NCBI RefSeq assembly: GCF_009914755.1
Contig: NC_060930.1
Reading direction: 5' to 3' (one strand)
Length of the DNA: 64,000 bases
Origin: the human T2T-CHM13v2.0 reference genome, Homo sapiens
The notes under the pieces: generated by a model
What the model was told of the DNA's origin: nothing
Database searches by the model: none
Seen by the model: the letters and a program-made list of their open reading frames with translations, nothing else
Made by a program: the position numbers and the translations under genes
Shown: in pieces, positions 13,029 to 29,130 of the stretch
How positions within the stretch are numbered: position 1 is the first letter of the stretch
How the letters are laid out: each line of letters opens with the position of its first letter

Positions 13029-14572
13029 ACGATTTGACCAGAAACAGGCTAATAATGCACAGATGTGTGAGAAACTAGGGAGGGTTCAAGCTTTGGACAC
13101 TTTCCAGAAGGAAGTGTCACAGATAGCTAGAGTTTAAGAGCAGAAAATGTCTCTGATACTACTGGTAAAACTGAAGATTGGATAATTGTGGAAAAGGAAA
13201 GAAATGAAATTACAGATTTGGGGTTATAGTCATGCACATTTGTTTAGATCTAACTAAACATGCTGTACTACTTGGCCCAAAAGGTTTTCTTCATGTCCTA
13301 GATGACATGTTTACATTGTGCGTATTACCTTGACTGCCTACATGACTTTCCCGTTCTGCTTCTGCAACCATGTTGTTAAGATTGTAAATTCTGCCATTTT
13401 TTATTGTCCTTTATGTTTCTGAAATGTATTCTATCTGTAAATATATCTGGATACATATGATCCATTAATAGTACATAGTCTCAGTCAGGAGGCTCCTGTT
13501 CGTTTGATAATTCAGAGACATACAAAAAGGTAGCAATGGATACAAGCCTGGTGTAATAGGACTAACCATTAACCAATCACATCAGCAGTAATTCCCCTTC
13601 CCAGGCCAAAATAGAATAGTTCAAAGCAAAATAGGTGGTTTGGACAAAGCATTCACTGTGTGGTCAAGCAGAAATCTGCCATATCATTTGCAAAGTGCAT
13701 GACTTGTTTAAGTCATACTTAATATGAAGTTAGTACTACTTATTTTCTAGAGTTGTTAGGATCATTTAAGAAAAGATATATCATGTAGATAGCACATAAG
13801 AGCCATTCAATAAATCATAATAATTATTATTAATATTATTTCAACTATAATATGATGCAAGTAAGGAACTACAATAAAATACAAAAACCCATATATACAG
13901 CACATGAATCTGGTTAAATATCTGTGTTCTAGAACTTTAATTTCTAAAACAGATAAAATAATATCCATATGTTCCTCATATGATTATGTATTGTCGTTAA
14001 ATATGAAGACATGTTACATTATGGTTTTTTAAAAAACTTATTTTTAGAAGTACTGTTTGCTCTCTTGTGGATTTGAATTGACCAGCGTTTGACTTGAAAA
14101 TTTTCTGTTTGCTTACACATTTTTCATGTACGTGAAGATTTAGAAGATATTATTGTTAATAGAAATAGAATGAATATAAAGGTGAATAGAATTTAACAGT
14201 AATAGAATAGATTGAAAAGTAAAATATTTTATGATTCCAATGACTGTTTTTGTGACTAAGCATATTCTTTAGATAACAATTATTTTTAAATGATTCTCCA
14301 CAACGTAAAACTAATATACTTAAAAATGCAAGTAGTACCACAAAAGAAAGTTCCCAATAAGTTGGTTGTCTTCTAAAACAGAAGAATACTTAAAATACAC
14401 CATTATATCTATTTTTTTATATTCCCTTACTCTGGCATTTTCTCTTTGCTATATTTCCAGAATTTGGTTGCCAGTTCTGTTTTTCTTCTCTCTCTCTCCA
14501 AGTATTCTCAAGACTCTCCATGTAGACCCCACAAGTATAATTAACCTCTCCCTCAGAATTCCTTGTTTTTAA

Positions 14573-14905
<333 letters not shown>

Positions 14906-16469
14906 TGATGCCTTATTTAAGAGTCATTTGTGTTTATGTCTGTCTCCCATACTTGATTATAAGCTCATGAAAAGAAGAAAACTAACCCCATGTCCCCAAA
15001 ATACAAACCAGAAAGCTTTATACATAAAAGATATTCAATAAGAAAGGTTAAATTTACTAATGCACACACATAAACCAATCATGCACTTCATTAACCAACC
15101 AAACACTGGTAATAATATAAAACAATAGGGCTGGCAAGATGGCCGAACAGGAACAGCTCCGGTCTGCAGCTCCCAGCAGCAAGATCAATGCAGAAGGCGG
15201 GTGATTTCTGCATTTCCAACTGAGGTACCTGGCTCATCTCACTGGGACTGGTTAGACAGTGGGTGCAGCCCATGGAGGGCAAGCCGAAGCAGGGTGGGGT
15301 ATCACCTCACCCAGGAAATGCAAGGGGTAGAAGGACTCCTTCCCCTAGCCAAGGGAAACCATGAGGGACTGTGCCATGAGAAATGGTGCACTCCGACCCA
15401 GTTACTACACTTTTCCCATGGTCTTTGCAACCTGCAGACCAGGAGATTCCCTCAGGTGCCTATGCCACCAGGGCCCAGGGCATCAAGCACAAAACTGGAC
15501 AGCCATTTGGGCAGACACAAAGCTAGCTGCAGAAGTTTTTTTTCCATACCCCAGTGGTGCCTGGAATGCCAGCGAGACAGAACCATTCACTCCCCTGGAA
15601 AGGGGGGCTGAAGCCAGAGAGCCAAGTGGTCTAGCTCAGTGGATCCAACCCCTACAGAGCCCAACAAGCTAAGATCCGCTGGCTTGAAATTCTTGCTGCC
15701 AGCACAGCAGTCTGGTTGACCTGTAATGCTCGAGCTTGGTAGGGGGAGCGGCAACCACCATTACTGAGGATTGAGTAGGTGATTTTCCCCTCACAGTGTG
15801 AACAAAGCCGCCGGGAAGTTCGAACTAGGTGGAGCCCACTGCAGCTAGGCAAAGCCACTGTAGCTAGACTGTCTCCCTAGATTCCTCCCCTCTGGGCAGG
15901 GCATTACTGAAAAAAAGGCAGCAGCCCCAGTCAGGGGCTCATAGATAAAACTACCATCTCTCTGGGACAGAGCACCTGGGGGAAGGGGTGGCTGTGGGTG
16001 CAGCTTCAGCAGACTTAAAAGTTCCTGCCTGCTAGCTCTGAAGAGAGCAGCAGATCTCCCAGCACAGTGCTTGAGCTCTGCTAAGGGGCAGACTACCTCT
16101 TCAAGTGGGTCCCCGACCCCCGTGCCTCCTGACTGGGAGACACCTCCCAGCAGGGGTTGAAAGACACCTCATACGGTAGAGCTCCAGCTGGCATCTGGTG
16201 GGTGCCCCTTTGGGACGAAGCTTCCAGATGAAGGAACAGGCAGCAATCTTTGCTGTTCTGCAGCCTTCGCTGGTGATACCCAGGCAAACAATGTCTGGAG
16301 TTGACCTCCAGCAAACTCCAGCAGACCTGCAGCAGAGGGGCCTGACTGTTAGAAGGAAAACTAACAAACAGAAAGGAATAGGATCAACATCAACAAAAAG
16401 GACATCCACACAGAAACCTCATCCGAAGGTCACCAACATCAAAGACCAAAGGTAGATAAATCCACAAAG

Positions 16470-17495
16470 ATAAGGAAAAACCAGTGCAAAAAGGCTAAAA
16501 ATTCCAAAAACCAGAATGCTTCTTCTCCTCCAAAGGATCACAAATCCTTACCAGCAAGAGAACAAAACTGGATGGAGAATGACTTTGACGAATTGGCAGA
16601 AGCAAGCTTCAGAAGGTAGGTAATAACAAACTCCTCAGAGCTAAAGGAGCATATTTTAACCCAATGCAAGGAAGCTAAGAACCTTGAAAAAAGGCTAAGG
16701 AAATTGCTAACTAGAATAACCAGTTTAGAGAAGAACATAAATGACCTGATGGAGCTGAAAAACACAGCATGAGAACTTTATGAAGCATACACAAGTATCA
16801 ATGGCCGAATCGATCAAGCGAAAGAAAGGATATCAGAGATTGAAGATCAACTTAATGAAATAAAGCATGAAGACAAGATTAGATAAAAAAGAATGAAAAG
16901 GAACTAACAAAGCCTCCAAGAAATATGGCACTATGTAAAAAGACCAAATCTACGTTTGATTGGTGTACCTGTAAGTGATGGGGAGAATGGAACCAAGTTG
17001 GAAAACACTCTTCAGGATATTATCCAGGAGAACGTCCCCAGCCTAGCAAGACAGGCCAACATTCAAATTCAGGAAATACAGGGAACACCACAAAGATGCT
17101 CCTTGAGAAGAGAAACTCCAAGACACATAATTGTCAGATTCAGCAAGGTTGAAAAGAAGGAAAAAATGTTAAGGACAGCCAGAGAGAATGGTCGGGTTAC
17201 CCACAAAGGGAAGCCCATCAGACTAACAGCAAATCTCTCTGCAGAAACCCCACAAACCAGAAGACAGTGGGGAACAATATCCAACACTCTTAAAGAAAAG
17301 AATTTTCAACCTGGAATTTCATGTCCAGCTAAAATAAGCTTTATAAGCAAAAGAGCAATAAAATTCTTTGCAGACCAACAAATGCTGAGAGATTTTGTCA
17401 ACACCAGGTCTACCTTACAAGAGCTCCTGAAGGAAGTACTAAATATGGGAAGTAACAACTGGTACCAGCCACTGCAAAAATATACCAAATTGTAG
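16470..17495 (+). pseudogene. L1 ORF1p remnant (start ATG>ATA, internal stops)
   Basis: The 16956-17495 ORF (IGVP..GENGTKLENTLQDIIQEN...YQPLQK) is the ORF1p RRM/CTD. Confidence 0.9.
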
Positions 17496-17558
17496 AGATC
17501 ATCGACACTACAAAGAAACTGCATCAACTAATGGGCAAAATAACCAGCTAGCATCATA

Positions 17559-20500
17559 ATGACAGGATCAAATTCACACAAAACAATATTAAGCTTAAAT
17601 GTAAATGGGCTAAATTCCCCCATTAAAAGACACAGACTGGCAAATTGGACAAAGAGTCAAGACCCATCAGTGTGCTGTAGTCAGGAGACCAAGCTCATGT
17701 GGAAAGACACACATAGGCTCAAAATAAAGGGATGGAGGAATATTTACCAAGCAAATGGAAAGCAAAAAAAAAAGTAAGCAGGGGTTGCAATCCTAGTCTC
17801 TCACAAAATGGACTTTAAACCAACAAAGATCAAAAAAGACAAAGAAAGGCATTGCATAATGGTAAAGGGATCAATGCAACAAGAAGAGCTAACTATTTTA
17901 AATATATATGCACCCAATACAGGAGCACCCAGATTCATAAAGCAAGTTCTTAGAGACCCACAAAGAGACAGTGTCTCAGACCACAGTGCAATCAAATTAG
18001 AACTCAGGATTAAGAAACTCACTGAAAACCTGACACCTACATGGAAGCTGAACAACCTGCTACTGAACGACTACTGGGTAAATAAGGAAATTAAGGCAGA
18101 AATAAATAAGTTCTTTGAAACCAATTAGAAAAAAGACACAACATACGAGAATCTCTGGGACACAGCTAAAGCAGTGTGTAGAGGGAAATTTACAGCATTA
18201 AATGCCCACAGGAGAAAGTGGGAAAGATCTAAAATCAACACCCTAACATCACAATTAAAGGAACTAGAGAAGCAAGAGCAAACAAATTCAAAAGCTGGCA
18301 GAAGACAAGAAATAACTAAGATCAGAGCAGAAATGAAGGAGACATGAAAAACCCTTCAAAACATCAATGAATTCAGGAGCTGGTTTTTTGAAAAGATTAA
18401 CAAAATAGACCGCTAGCCAGATTAATAAAGAAGAAAAGAGAGAAGAATCAAATAGACACAATAAAACATGATAAAGGGGATATCACCACTGATACCACAG
18501 AAATACAAACTACCATCAGAGAATACTATAAACACCTCTACACAAATAAACTAGAAAATCTAGAAGAAATGGATAAATTCCTGGACACGTGCACCCTCCC
18601 AAGACTAAATCAGGAAGAAGCCGAATCCCTGAATAGACCAATAACACGTTCTGAAATTGAGGCAGTAATTAATAGCCTAACCAACCAAAAAAAAAAGCCC
18701 AGGACCAGACACATTCATATCCGAATTCTACCAGAAGTACAAAGAAGAGCTGGTACCATTCCTTCTGAAACTATCCCAAACAACAGAAAAAGAGGGACTC
18801 CCCCCTAACTCATTTTAAGAGGCCAGCATCACCCTGATATCAAAACCTGTCAGAGACACAACAAAAAAAGAAATTTTCAGGCCAATATCACTGATGAACA
18901 TCAATGTGAAAATCCTCAGTAAAACACTGGCAAACCAAATCTAGCAGCACACCAAAAAGTTTATCCACCACGATCAAGTTGGCTTCATCCCTGGGATGTA
19001 AGGCTGGTTCAACATACCCAAATCAATAAATGTAATCTATCACATAAACAGAACCAATGACAAAAACCATATGGTTATCTCAATAGATGCAGAAAAGGCC
19101 TTCGATAAAATTCAACACCCCTTCATGCTAAAAACTCTCAATAAACTAGGTATTGATGGAACATATCTCAAAATAATAAGAGCTATTTATGACAAACCCA
19201 TAGCAAATATCATACTGAATGGGCAAAAGCTGGAAGCATTTCCTTTGAAAACCAGTGCAAGAAAAGGATGTCCTCTCTCACCACTCCTATTCAACATAGT
19301 ATTAGAAGTTCTGGCCAGGGCAATTGAGCAAGAGAAAGATATAAAGCGTATTCAGACAGGAAGACAGAAAGCCAAATTGTCTCTGTTTGCAGATGACATG
19401 ATTGAATATTTAGAAAACCCCATCATCTCAGCCCAAAATGTCCTTAAGCTGATAAGCAACTTCAGTAAATCTCAGGATACAAAATCAATATGCAAAAATC
19501 ACAAGCATTCCTATATACCAATTATGGCCAAACAGAGAGCCAAAGCATGAGTGAACTCTCATTCACAGTTGCTACAAAGAGAATAAAATACCTAGGAATA
19601 CAACTTACAAGGTATGTGAAGGACGTTTTCAAGGAGAACTACAAACCACTGCTCAAGGAAATAAGAAAGGACACAAACAAGTGGAAAAATATTCCATGCT
19701 CATGGATAGGAAGAATCAATATCATGAAAATGGCCATACTACCCAAAGTAATTTATAGATTCAATGCTATCCTCATCAAGCTACCATTGACTTTCTTCAC
19801 AGAATTAGAAAAAACTACTTTACATTTCATATGGAGCCAAGACAGTCCTAAGCAAAAAGAACAAAGCTGTAGGCATCAAGCTACCTGACTTCAAACTATA
19901 CTACAAGGCTGCAGTAACTCAAACAGCATGGTACTTCTACCAAAACAGATATATAGACCAACGGAACAGAACAGAGGCCTCAGATGTAAGGACACACATC
20001 TACAACCATCTGATCTTTGACAAACCTGACAAAAACAAGCAATGTGGAAAGGATTCCCTATTTTATAAATGGTGTCGGAAAAACTGGCTAGCCATATGCA
20101 GAAAACTGAAACTGGACCCCTTCCTTACACCTTATACAAAAATTAACTCAAGATGGATTAAAGACTTAAACATAAGACCTAAAACGATAAAAACCCTAGA
20201 AGAAAACCTAGGCAATACCATTCAGGACATAGGCATGGGCAAAGACTAAAACAACAAAAGCAATGGCAACAAAAGCCAAAATAGACAAATGGGATCTAAT
20301 TAAACTAAAGAGCTTCTGCACAGCAAAAGAAACTACCATCAGAGTGAACAGGCAACCTACAGAATGCGAGAAAAGTTTTGCAATCTATCCATCTGACAAA
20401 GGGCTAATATCCAGAATCCATAAGGAACTTAAATAAATTTACAAGAAAAAAAACAAACAACCCCACCAAAAAGTGGGTGAAGAATATGAACAGACACTTC

Positions 20501-21065
20501 TGAAAAGAAGACATTTATGCAGCCAACAAACATGAAAAAAAGCTCATCACCACTGGTCATTAGAGAAATGCAAATCAAAACCACAATGAGATACCATCTC
20601 ATGCCAGTTAGAATGGCGATCATTAAAAAGTCAGGAAAAAACAGATGCTGGAGAGGATGTGGAGAAATGGGAACACTTTTACACTGTTGGTTGGAGTGTA
20701 AATTAGTTCAACCATTGTAGAAGACAGCGTGGCAATTCCTCAAGGATCTAGAGCCAGAAATACCATTTGACCCAGCAATCCCATTACTGGGTATATACCC
20801 AAAGGATTAAAAATAATTCTACTATAAAGACACATGCACATGTATGTTCACTGCAGCACTGTTCACAATAGCAAAGACTTGGAACCAACCCAAATGCCCA
20901 TCAATGATAGACTGGATAAAGAAAATGTGGCACATATACACCATGGAATACTATGCAGCCATAAAAAAGGATGAATTCATGTCCTTTGCAGCGACATGGA
21001 TGAAGTTGGAAACCGTCATTCTCAGCAAACTAATACACATGTTCTCACTCATAAGTGGGAGTCGA
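17559..21065 (+). pseudogene. L1 ORF2p remnant (frameshifts, stops, internal deletion)
   Basis: MTGSNSH... endonuclease start, RT motif LFADDM, and the C-terminal CWRGCGE fragment across several frames. Confidence 0.92.
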
Positions 21066-21446
21066 ACAATGAGAACACATGGACACAGGGAGGGGAATAT
21101 TACACACTGGGGCCTCTTGGAGGGTGAGAGGCTATGGGAGGGATAGCATTAGGAGAAATACCTAATGTAGATGATGGGTTGATGGGTGCGGCAAACCACC
21201 ATGGCACCTGTATACCTATGTAACAAACCTGCACGTTCTGCCATGTATCCCAGAACTTAAAGTATAATAAAATATATATATGAAATGATAAATACTAGCT
21301 TTTTATACAAACACAAATATTTCTTATATTGGGCTTTTAAAACCATTTAGCCATACTAGAGTATTTCCAACTAGTTTTAATCCAAAAATACATCATCTAG
21401 TGTCTTAAAAGAGAATTGCAACTAGTATAATCTCTAGTTTTTAAAC

Positions 21447-21642
21447 CAGTGCTACTCCAAGTACATTCTGAGGAACAGAGCATCATTAGGATGTGGGAGC
21501 TATTTAGAAATGTAATCATCTGGTTCCACCTGAGATCTATGGAATGAAAATCTCTACAATTCCTGACTCTCTCACAGGAGTTAGGAATCTGTGTTTTAAC
21601 AAACTCACCAGGTGATTCTGATGTATGCTAAATTTTGAGATA
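21447..21642. mobile_element. MER5-type hAT MITE
   Basis: cagtgctactc...ggaatctgtgttttaacaa...ccaggtgattctgatg...ttttgaga. Confidence 0.7.
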
Positions 21643-23782
21643 TTAACCTAGATACATATAAAATCTCAAAGCTAGAAAAAATCTGGGGATCTTTTAGTCT
21701 AGTCCTTTTTCAATTGGATGAGAAACTGAGATAAAAAAGGGATAAGGTTCATGTCTACGTGGCAGATCTGAGATCCCAACCAGAACTCTTGATCCCAAGC
21801 CTGGGTTCTCTTCACTTCAATAGTCCAAACAAAATGATTTTGAATTAATACCAACTGGAATTTGAGTTAATACTAGGTGCAATTTGGGATCCAAAATATA
21901 GTTATTACCAGTATTGCAAATTGTCAAATTAACCAAAAGTTATTGAATTAAAAAGAAGAATGGAAATGTTGTAGTCTTTGGCTGCTGGGAAGAAATCATG
22001 CAAAGTATGACATTTCTCTTCACCCCATCACTAAACAGTAAGCGTACAGGCATTGTGCATACACACAGATATACATAGGGAAATTTCACTCCAGATGTGT
22101 AAGTCTGGTATGATGAAGTCCTTCCTGCCAATGATGAATTTGGGAAGATCAGACATGTGTCTTATTCCTGACCTTAGAGGGAAAACATTAGTTAATAGAT
22201 GCCCTTTATCAGATTGAGAGGATATCCTTGTGTTCTTTCTTTGCTGAGAATTTTGATTGGAATAGATGTAGGATTTTGGAAGTGCTATATGAGATAATTT
22301 TGCAAGTTCACTGTGATAACTTTTTAATATGATTTTTCTTTTTTAGCTTGTAATATTCTGAATACATTGATTTATTTTCTGCTAAACCAACCCTATATTT
22401 TTGGAATAAACCCCACTTGCTTATGATGTATTATCCATTCAATCTATTTTGTGTTCCATTTGCTAATATGTTTGAAATTTTTATACAGATGTTTATGAGA
22501 AATACAAATCAGTAGATGTTCTTGGTTTTTTGTTTGTTTGTTTGTTTCTTTTTTCCTTAGAATTCCCTTGCCTGGGTTTGATATTAGTTAAAAGTAGCCT
22601 CATAGAACAAAGTGAAAAGTATTCCTTATTTATTAATTTCTGGAACAGTCTACGTGAAATTGATATTGATTTCCTATTAAATATTTGTTAGAGCTACCAG
22701 GTAAGCAATCAGCCTGGAGTTATCTTTGTGGGAAGTTTTTGTTTGTTCATTTTGTTTTTGTTTTTTCCACTCCCTACCCCCTCTGCTGTAGGAAGTTTTA
22801 TAACTACAATACTACAATTTCAAGTTCTTTAACAAATATAGGTATATTCAGATTACCCATTTCTTTTTGAGTGAGCTTTGATATTTAATGTCTTTCAATG
22901 TTTATGGTCTGGAAACTCTCTCAAGGCATTAAACTAAAGCGATTATAGGGCTGCCTCATTTGTTTACCATCTCTCAGAAATTACTGTTCTTTTTGCCTTA
23001 TGTAAAATGTATTAAAAATTATTATTTAATAATATCTATACATTTTAAATTTGTCTTATATGCATGGGTATCCCTGTTTCTTAATTCTGACTAAAAGTGA
23101 AAGTTCTACATCATTCCTTTGATTGGCCTTTGCATGGTATATATTATCCAATGTATGGTATATCTTTTTCCATGCTTTTACTTTTAATCTAGCTGCTTTT
23201 TTTTTCTATTTAAACTTCATTTCTTATGTTAAGTATACAGTTGAGTCTGCCTTGAAGAAAAAAAAATTCCATCTGACCATCTCTGCCTTTTATGTGGTGT
23301 GTTAGGCTATTTACATTTAATATAATCATTAGTATATATTGATGTAAATCTACTATCTTGGTATTTGTTTTCTAATTGTCTTTTCTGCAACTTAGTTTTT
23401 TTCTGCCTTCTTTTGGATTCAGTATTATTTTTATTACATTTTATTTCTACTATTGACTTATTATCTACTCCTTTTTATTTCACTGTTTAATGATTGCTTT
23501 AGAGTTTGCAATATACCTCAATAACATCAAAATCCACCTTCAAATAATATTTTTTAAACTCGTATATAGTCTAGCAACTATATAATTATATGCCTCCATT
23601 TCTCCCTCCTGTTCTTTGTCATGTATTTTATTCTACTATTTTTGTAATTTTTTTTGGAGTACTTTAAACTTCACAACACATTGATATTATTTTTGCTTAA
23701 AACGTCATTGTCTTTTTTAAAAATTAAAAATGAGTTAAAAATCTGATATCCATTTTTATCTATCTTTTCTTTCATTGATTAG

Positions 23783-25329
<1,547 letters not shown>

Positions 25330-26329
25330 AAAGAAGTTTGTTTAATATTTCCTGTTGTATATGTCTGCTGGTAATAATTTTTTCAGGTTTATTAGTCTGA
25401 AAAAAAGTTCTATTTTGCTTTGTTATTTGAAACATCTTTTCACTGGATAAGGAATTCTATGTTGACCATATTTTCTTTCAAAGATTTGAAGCTGTTGCTC
25501 TGCTCTTTGCTGGCTTAACAGAAGTCTGTTGTTATTCTTAAACTTATTCCTTGTAATGTGACGTTTTCTCTGACTGATATTAAGATTTTCTCTGATTTTC
25601 TGTAATTTGATTATGATGTGATTTGGCATGCTTTCTTAATGATTTTTATTGAACTTCCTGGATCAGTGGGTTCCCTCCACCCCCTTTCCTCTGAGATTTC
25701 AATTATACATGTATTAAACTAGTAGATATTGTCCCACAGATCTTGATTCTTTTTGGGTTTTTATAAATCAGTACTTTGTTTTCTCTATTTGCTTTATTGT
25801 GTATAGTTTCTATTGCTATGTCTTCAAGATAACTAATCTTTTCTTTTATGATATTTAGTCTGTTCTTAATTCCATACGGTGTTTTCCATTTTAGTTATAT
25901 TTTTCACCTCTCAAAGTTCCATGTGAAATGTTTTTATATGTATTTTTCTCATAATTTTATGTTTTGCTCTACATCCTTAAACATGTGAATTATGTTTGTA
26001 AGAGCTATTTATACATTGTTGATAATTTCGTCATTGTTATTATTTCTGGATCAATTTCTATTAATTGATTTTTCCGTTACTTATGGGTCTTATTTTTCTG
26101 CTCTTTTGCTGAACATTTTAATTTTAGTTTTGATTGGTAATGGGCATTGTGGATTTTATATTATCAATTGCTCTGTTTTGTTATTTTCCTTTAAATAATG
26201 TTGAGTTTTGTTTTGGCATGTTACTTGGAAAATTTAAATTATCTAAGAGGTAAGTTACTTATAATAAGTTGGATCATTTTGAGTCTTCTTTTAAACTTTA
26301 TTACCGTGTGTCTGTAGTATAAAAACTAA

Positions 26330-26520
26330 AGTTTAAAGTGTTGTCTTTATATCTTTGAGCCTCATAGGATCCACTCCCATGCTGTGAGTATATGTGACCA
26401 ATAAACTGCTGCCAAGATCTTTCTGTCCATTGTTAGGTATCCTGTGTTCAGTCGTCTTATACTATTTAGGGTGGGAAATCCCTTCTTCACCAGTGGGGTG
26501 AGTAGAAGGTCATCAGAACA
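26330..26520 (+). mobile_element. LTR 3' fragment (LTR40-like)
   Basis: ccaataaactgctg...tttagggtggg...ggggtgagtagaaggtcatcagaaca. Confidence 0.4.
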
Positions 26521-26837
26521 GTATCAAAAACAGCCCTCCATCTGAGACCAATGTAGCACCACTAAAGTGATGCCCTTTCAATAATTCTATCTGATGCTTC
26601 GTTTTACATGATCTTTACACATTCACTGCTAGGACCATGAACAGCTCTCAATTCTGTATGAATTGTAGAAATTATTCTACCTACCCCTTAATGGCGAGTC
26701 TTTCTGTGATCCTCAGGTAGTTTTCCTTTCACTCATGTGTACATCACTTAGCTAAAGACTCAAGGGGGGCCCCTCTAAAAATCCCTGGAACTCCTTTTGT
26801 GCAGTTTTCTCTTAGTAATCTCACTAGCAAATTCTAG

Positions 26838-27195
<358 letters not shown>

Positions 27196-28189
27196 TTTTT
27201 TTTTTTCTTTACAATTTAGCAAGACCACTAGGCTCTGTTTCAGTGTCTATACCTGTACAACAGCATGAAAACTGCCTCTAACCAATAAATTGGTAAAATC
27301 ATAAGGCTCACTTTGTTTATTTCCCTTCTTTCAGGGAACACAGTACTGTGCTGTTTATTGTCCAACCTCTAAAAACTTCTGTGCCCCATGTATCTATTTT
27401 TGTAGTTGTTTAAGGCAATAGATGTGGGTAAAATCTGGTCCCTATTAATCTTGAACAAATTCAAATTCACCAGAAAAGTTCTAATTTAAAATTTTTGTGT
27501 ATTTTTAAACAAATATTTGTTTGCTCATAAATCTTTCTAAATATTTATTTTTCAAATAGAAATAAAAGCTAATTCCCCTTGAAGGAATGCTGAGATATTT
27601 ATAGATGTATGAAGGACCTCGTCTTAAAGGCTTACTTTGAAACCCTAGAAACTCAGTTTTCACTAAGATTTGTTATTCTTAGTGTATTTGTTATTCTTTA
27701 GCAATGCTTCCCATTTTTTCTCAATTCCATCTTGCAGATCTTTTGTCATCGTATATCACTGGATTATCTAATCTTTCTATTTCCATTCTCGACCCTATTT
27801 TCAATCTCTTGCTCATCAATGCCAAACAGATTATTATTTATCACTATCTTCACCATAATACTATCCTGTTCAAAACTGATAGTTTTCTAATGCTTACATA
27901 ATTAAATCAAAACTTTAAAAAATTTGAGTTGCCTTAAAACCTCTACCACAAAACAAATGTTATCTACTAGTAGTATTACATTCTGCCCACATTTCAAAAC
28001 CCTACAGAATGTGTTTCTAACTTATTTCTGCTAGTAGTGACGGCCACAGATTTAATGGTATTAAACTAAAATATGGTTAGCTCCCTATTTTTAAACATCT
28101 ACTCATCAGTATTTGAATGCTGCTTTAAGGGATAATTCTTCTGCTTTTTGATCTATCATTTATTGAATGTTCATTATTTGCCAATTGCT

Positions 28190-28350
28190 GTACTACATAA
28201 TACATATATAACATATATGCATATTACATATATTATAATATGCATCTGTAATATATATTTGTAATATGTAGTATATGTCATATGTAATATATATAACACT
28301 ATATATTACATATGTATATTATATTACACATATAATATAGGTTATATATG
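28190..28350. repeat. AT-rich (TA)n-like low-complexity tract
   Basis: Directly visible. Confidence 0.75.
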
Positions 28351-28770
28351 TGTTAAAGTACTTTACATATAATAAAATGTTAATTTTAATACAACACTGT
28401 ATAGTAGATTCTATATCCATCTCCATTTTATGGTTGAGAAAATAGACAATTAAAGACATACACCAATATACACTGTAAATATATCACGGGACTTAAGATG
28501 TGTATATGGTTTCTCTGTTTCCAGAGTTGATCATCTTAACCAGCATGGGCAATGTAAATAGAATATGTAAGTGGGTAATGTAGAAAATATAAAGGACGCA
28601 ACTTTTATTTATTTATAGAATCATATTCTATAAATAAATTCTATTATAATTCAAGCAACAAAAAGTAAGTAGAAAAAGGGTGATGTATGTGATAAAGAGT
28701 AAAAGCTCCAATGACTACTTAATAGTCATGTAACTTTACATACCATTGCATCTCTTACATACCACACCAC

Positions 28771-29130
28771 TTTTTTCTAACTTTTAAGTTTAGGGGTACA
28801 TATGCAGGTTTGTTATATAGGTAGACTTGTGTCATGGGGGTTTGCTGTACAGATTATTTCATCACCCAGGTACTAAGTGTAGTATCCGTTAGCTATTTTT
28901 CCTGATCCTCTCCATTCTCCCAACCCTCTGATTGGCCCCTGTGTCTGTTATTCCCCTCTATGTGTAATGTGTTCTCATCATTTAGGTCCCTCTTATAAGT
29001 GACAACATGTGGTATTTGGTTTTCTGTTCCTGCATTAGTTTGCTAAGGACAATGACTTACAGATGCATCCATGTTCCAGCAAAGGACATAATCTCATTCT
29101 TTTTTTATGGTTGCATAGTATTTCATGGTA
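28771..29130 (-). mobile_element. L1PA 3' end (about L1PA13)
   Basis: ttttaagtttaggggtacatatgcagg...acagattatttcatcacccagg...tttatggttgcatagtatt. Confidence 0.85.

Larger units (their letters stand above)
15128..21278 (+). mobile_element. Full-length inactive LINE-1 (L1PA7-like)
   Basis: 5'UTR with YY1 site caagatggc, ORF1 and ORF2 remnants, and 3'UTR tagatgatgggttgatgggtgc...atgtatcccagaacttaaag. Degenerate TSD tataaaacaata / tatgaaatgata. Confidence 0.95.

Noticed and set aside
17955-17990. L1 270-nt deletion as a spliced-out intron
   Set aside because: No placement of the junction gives GT..AG on either strand.
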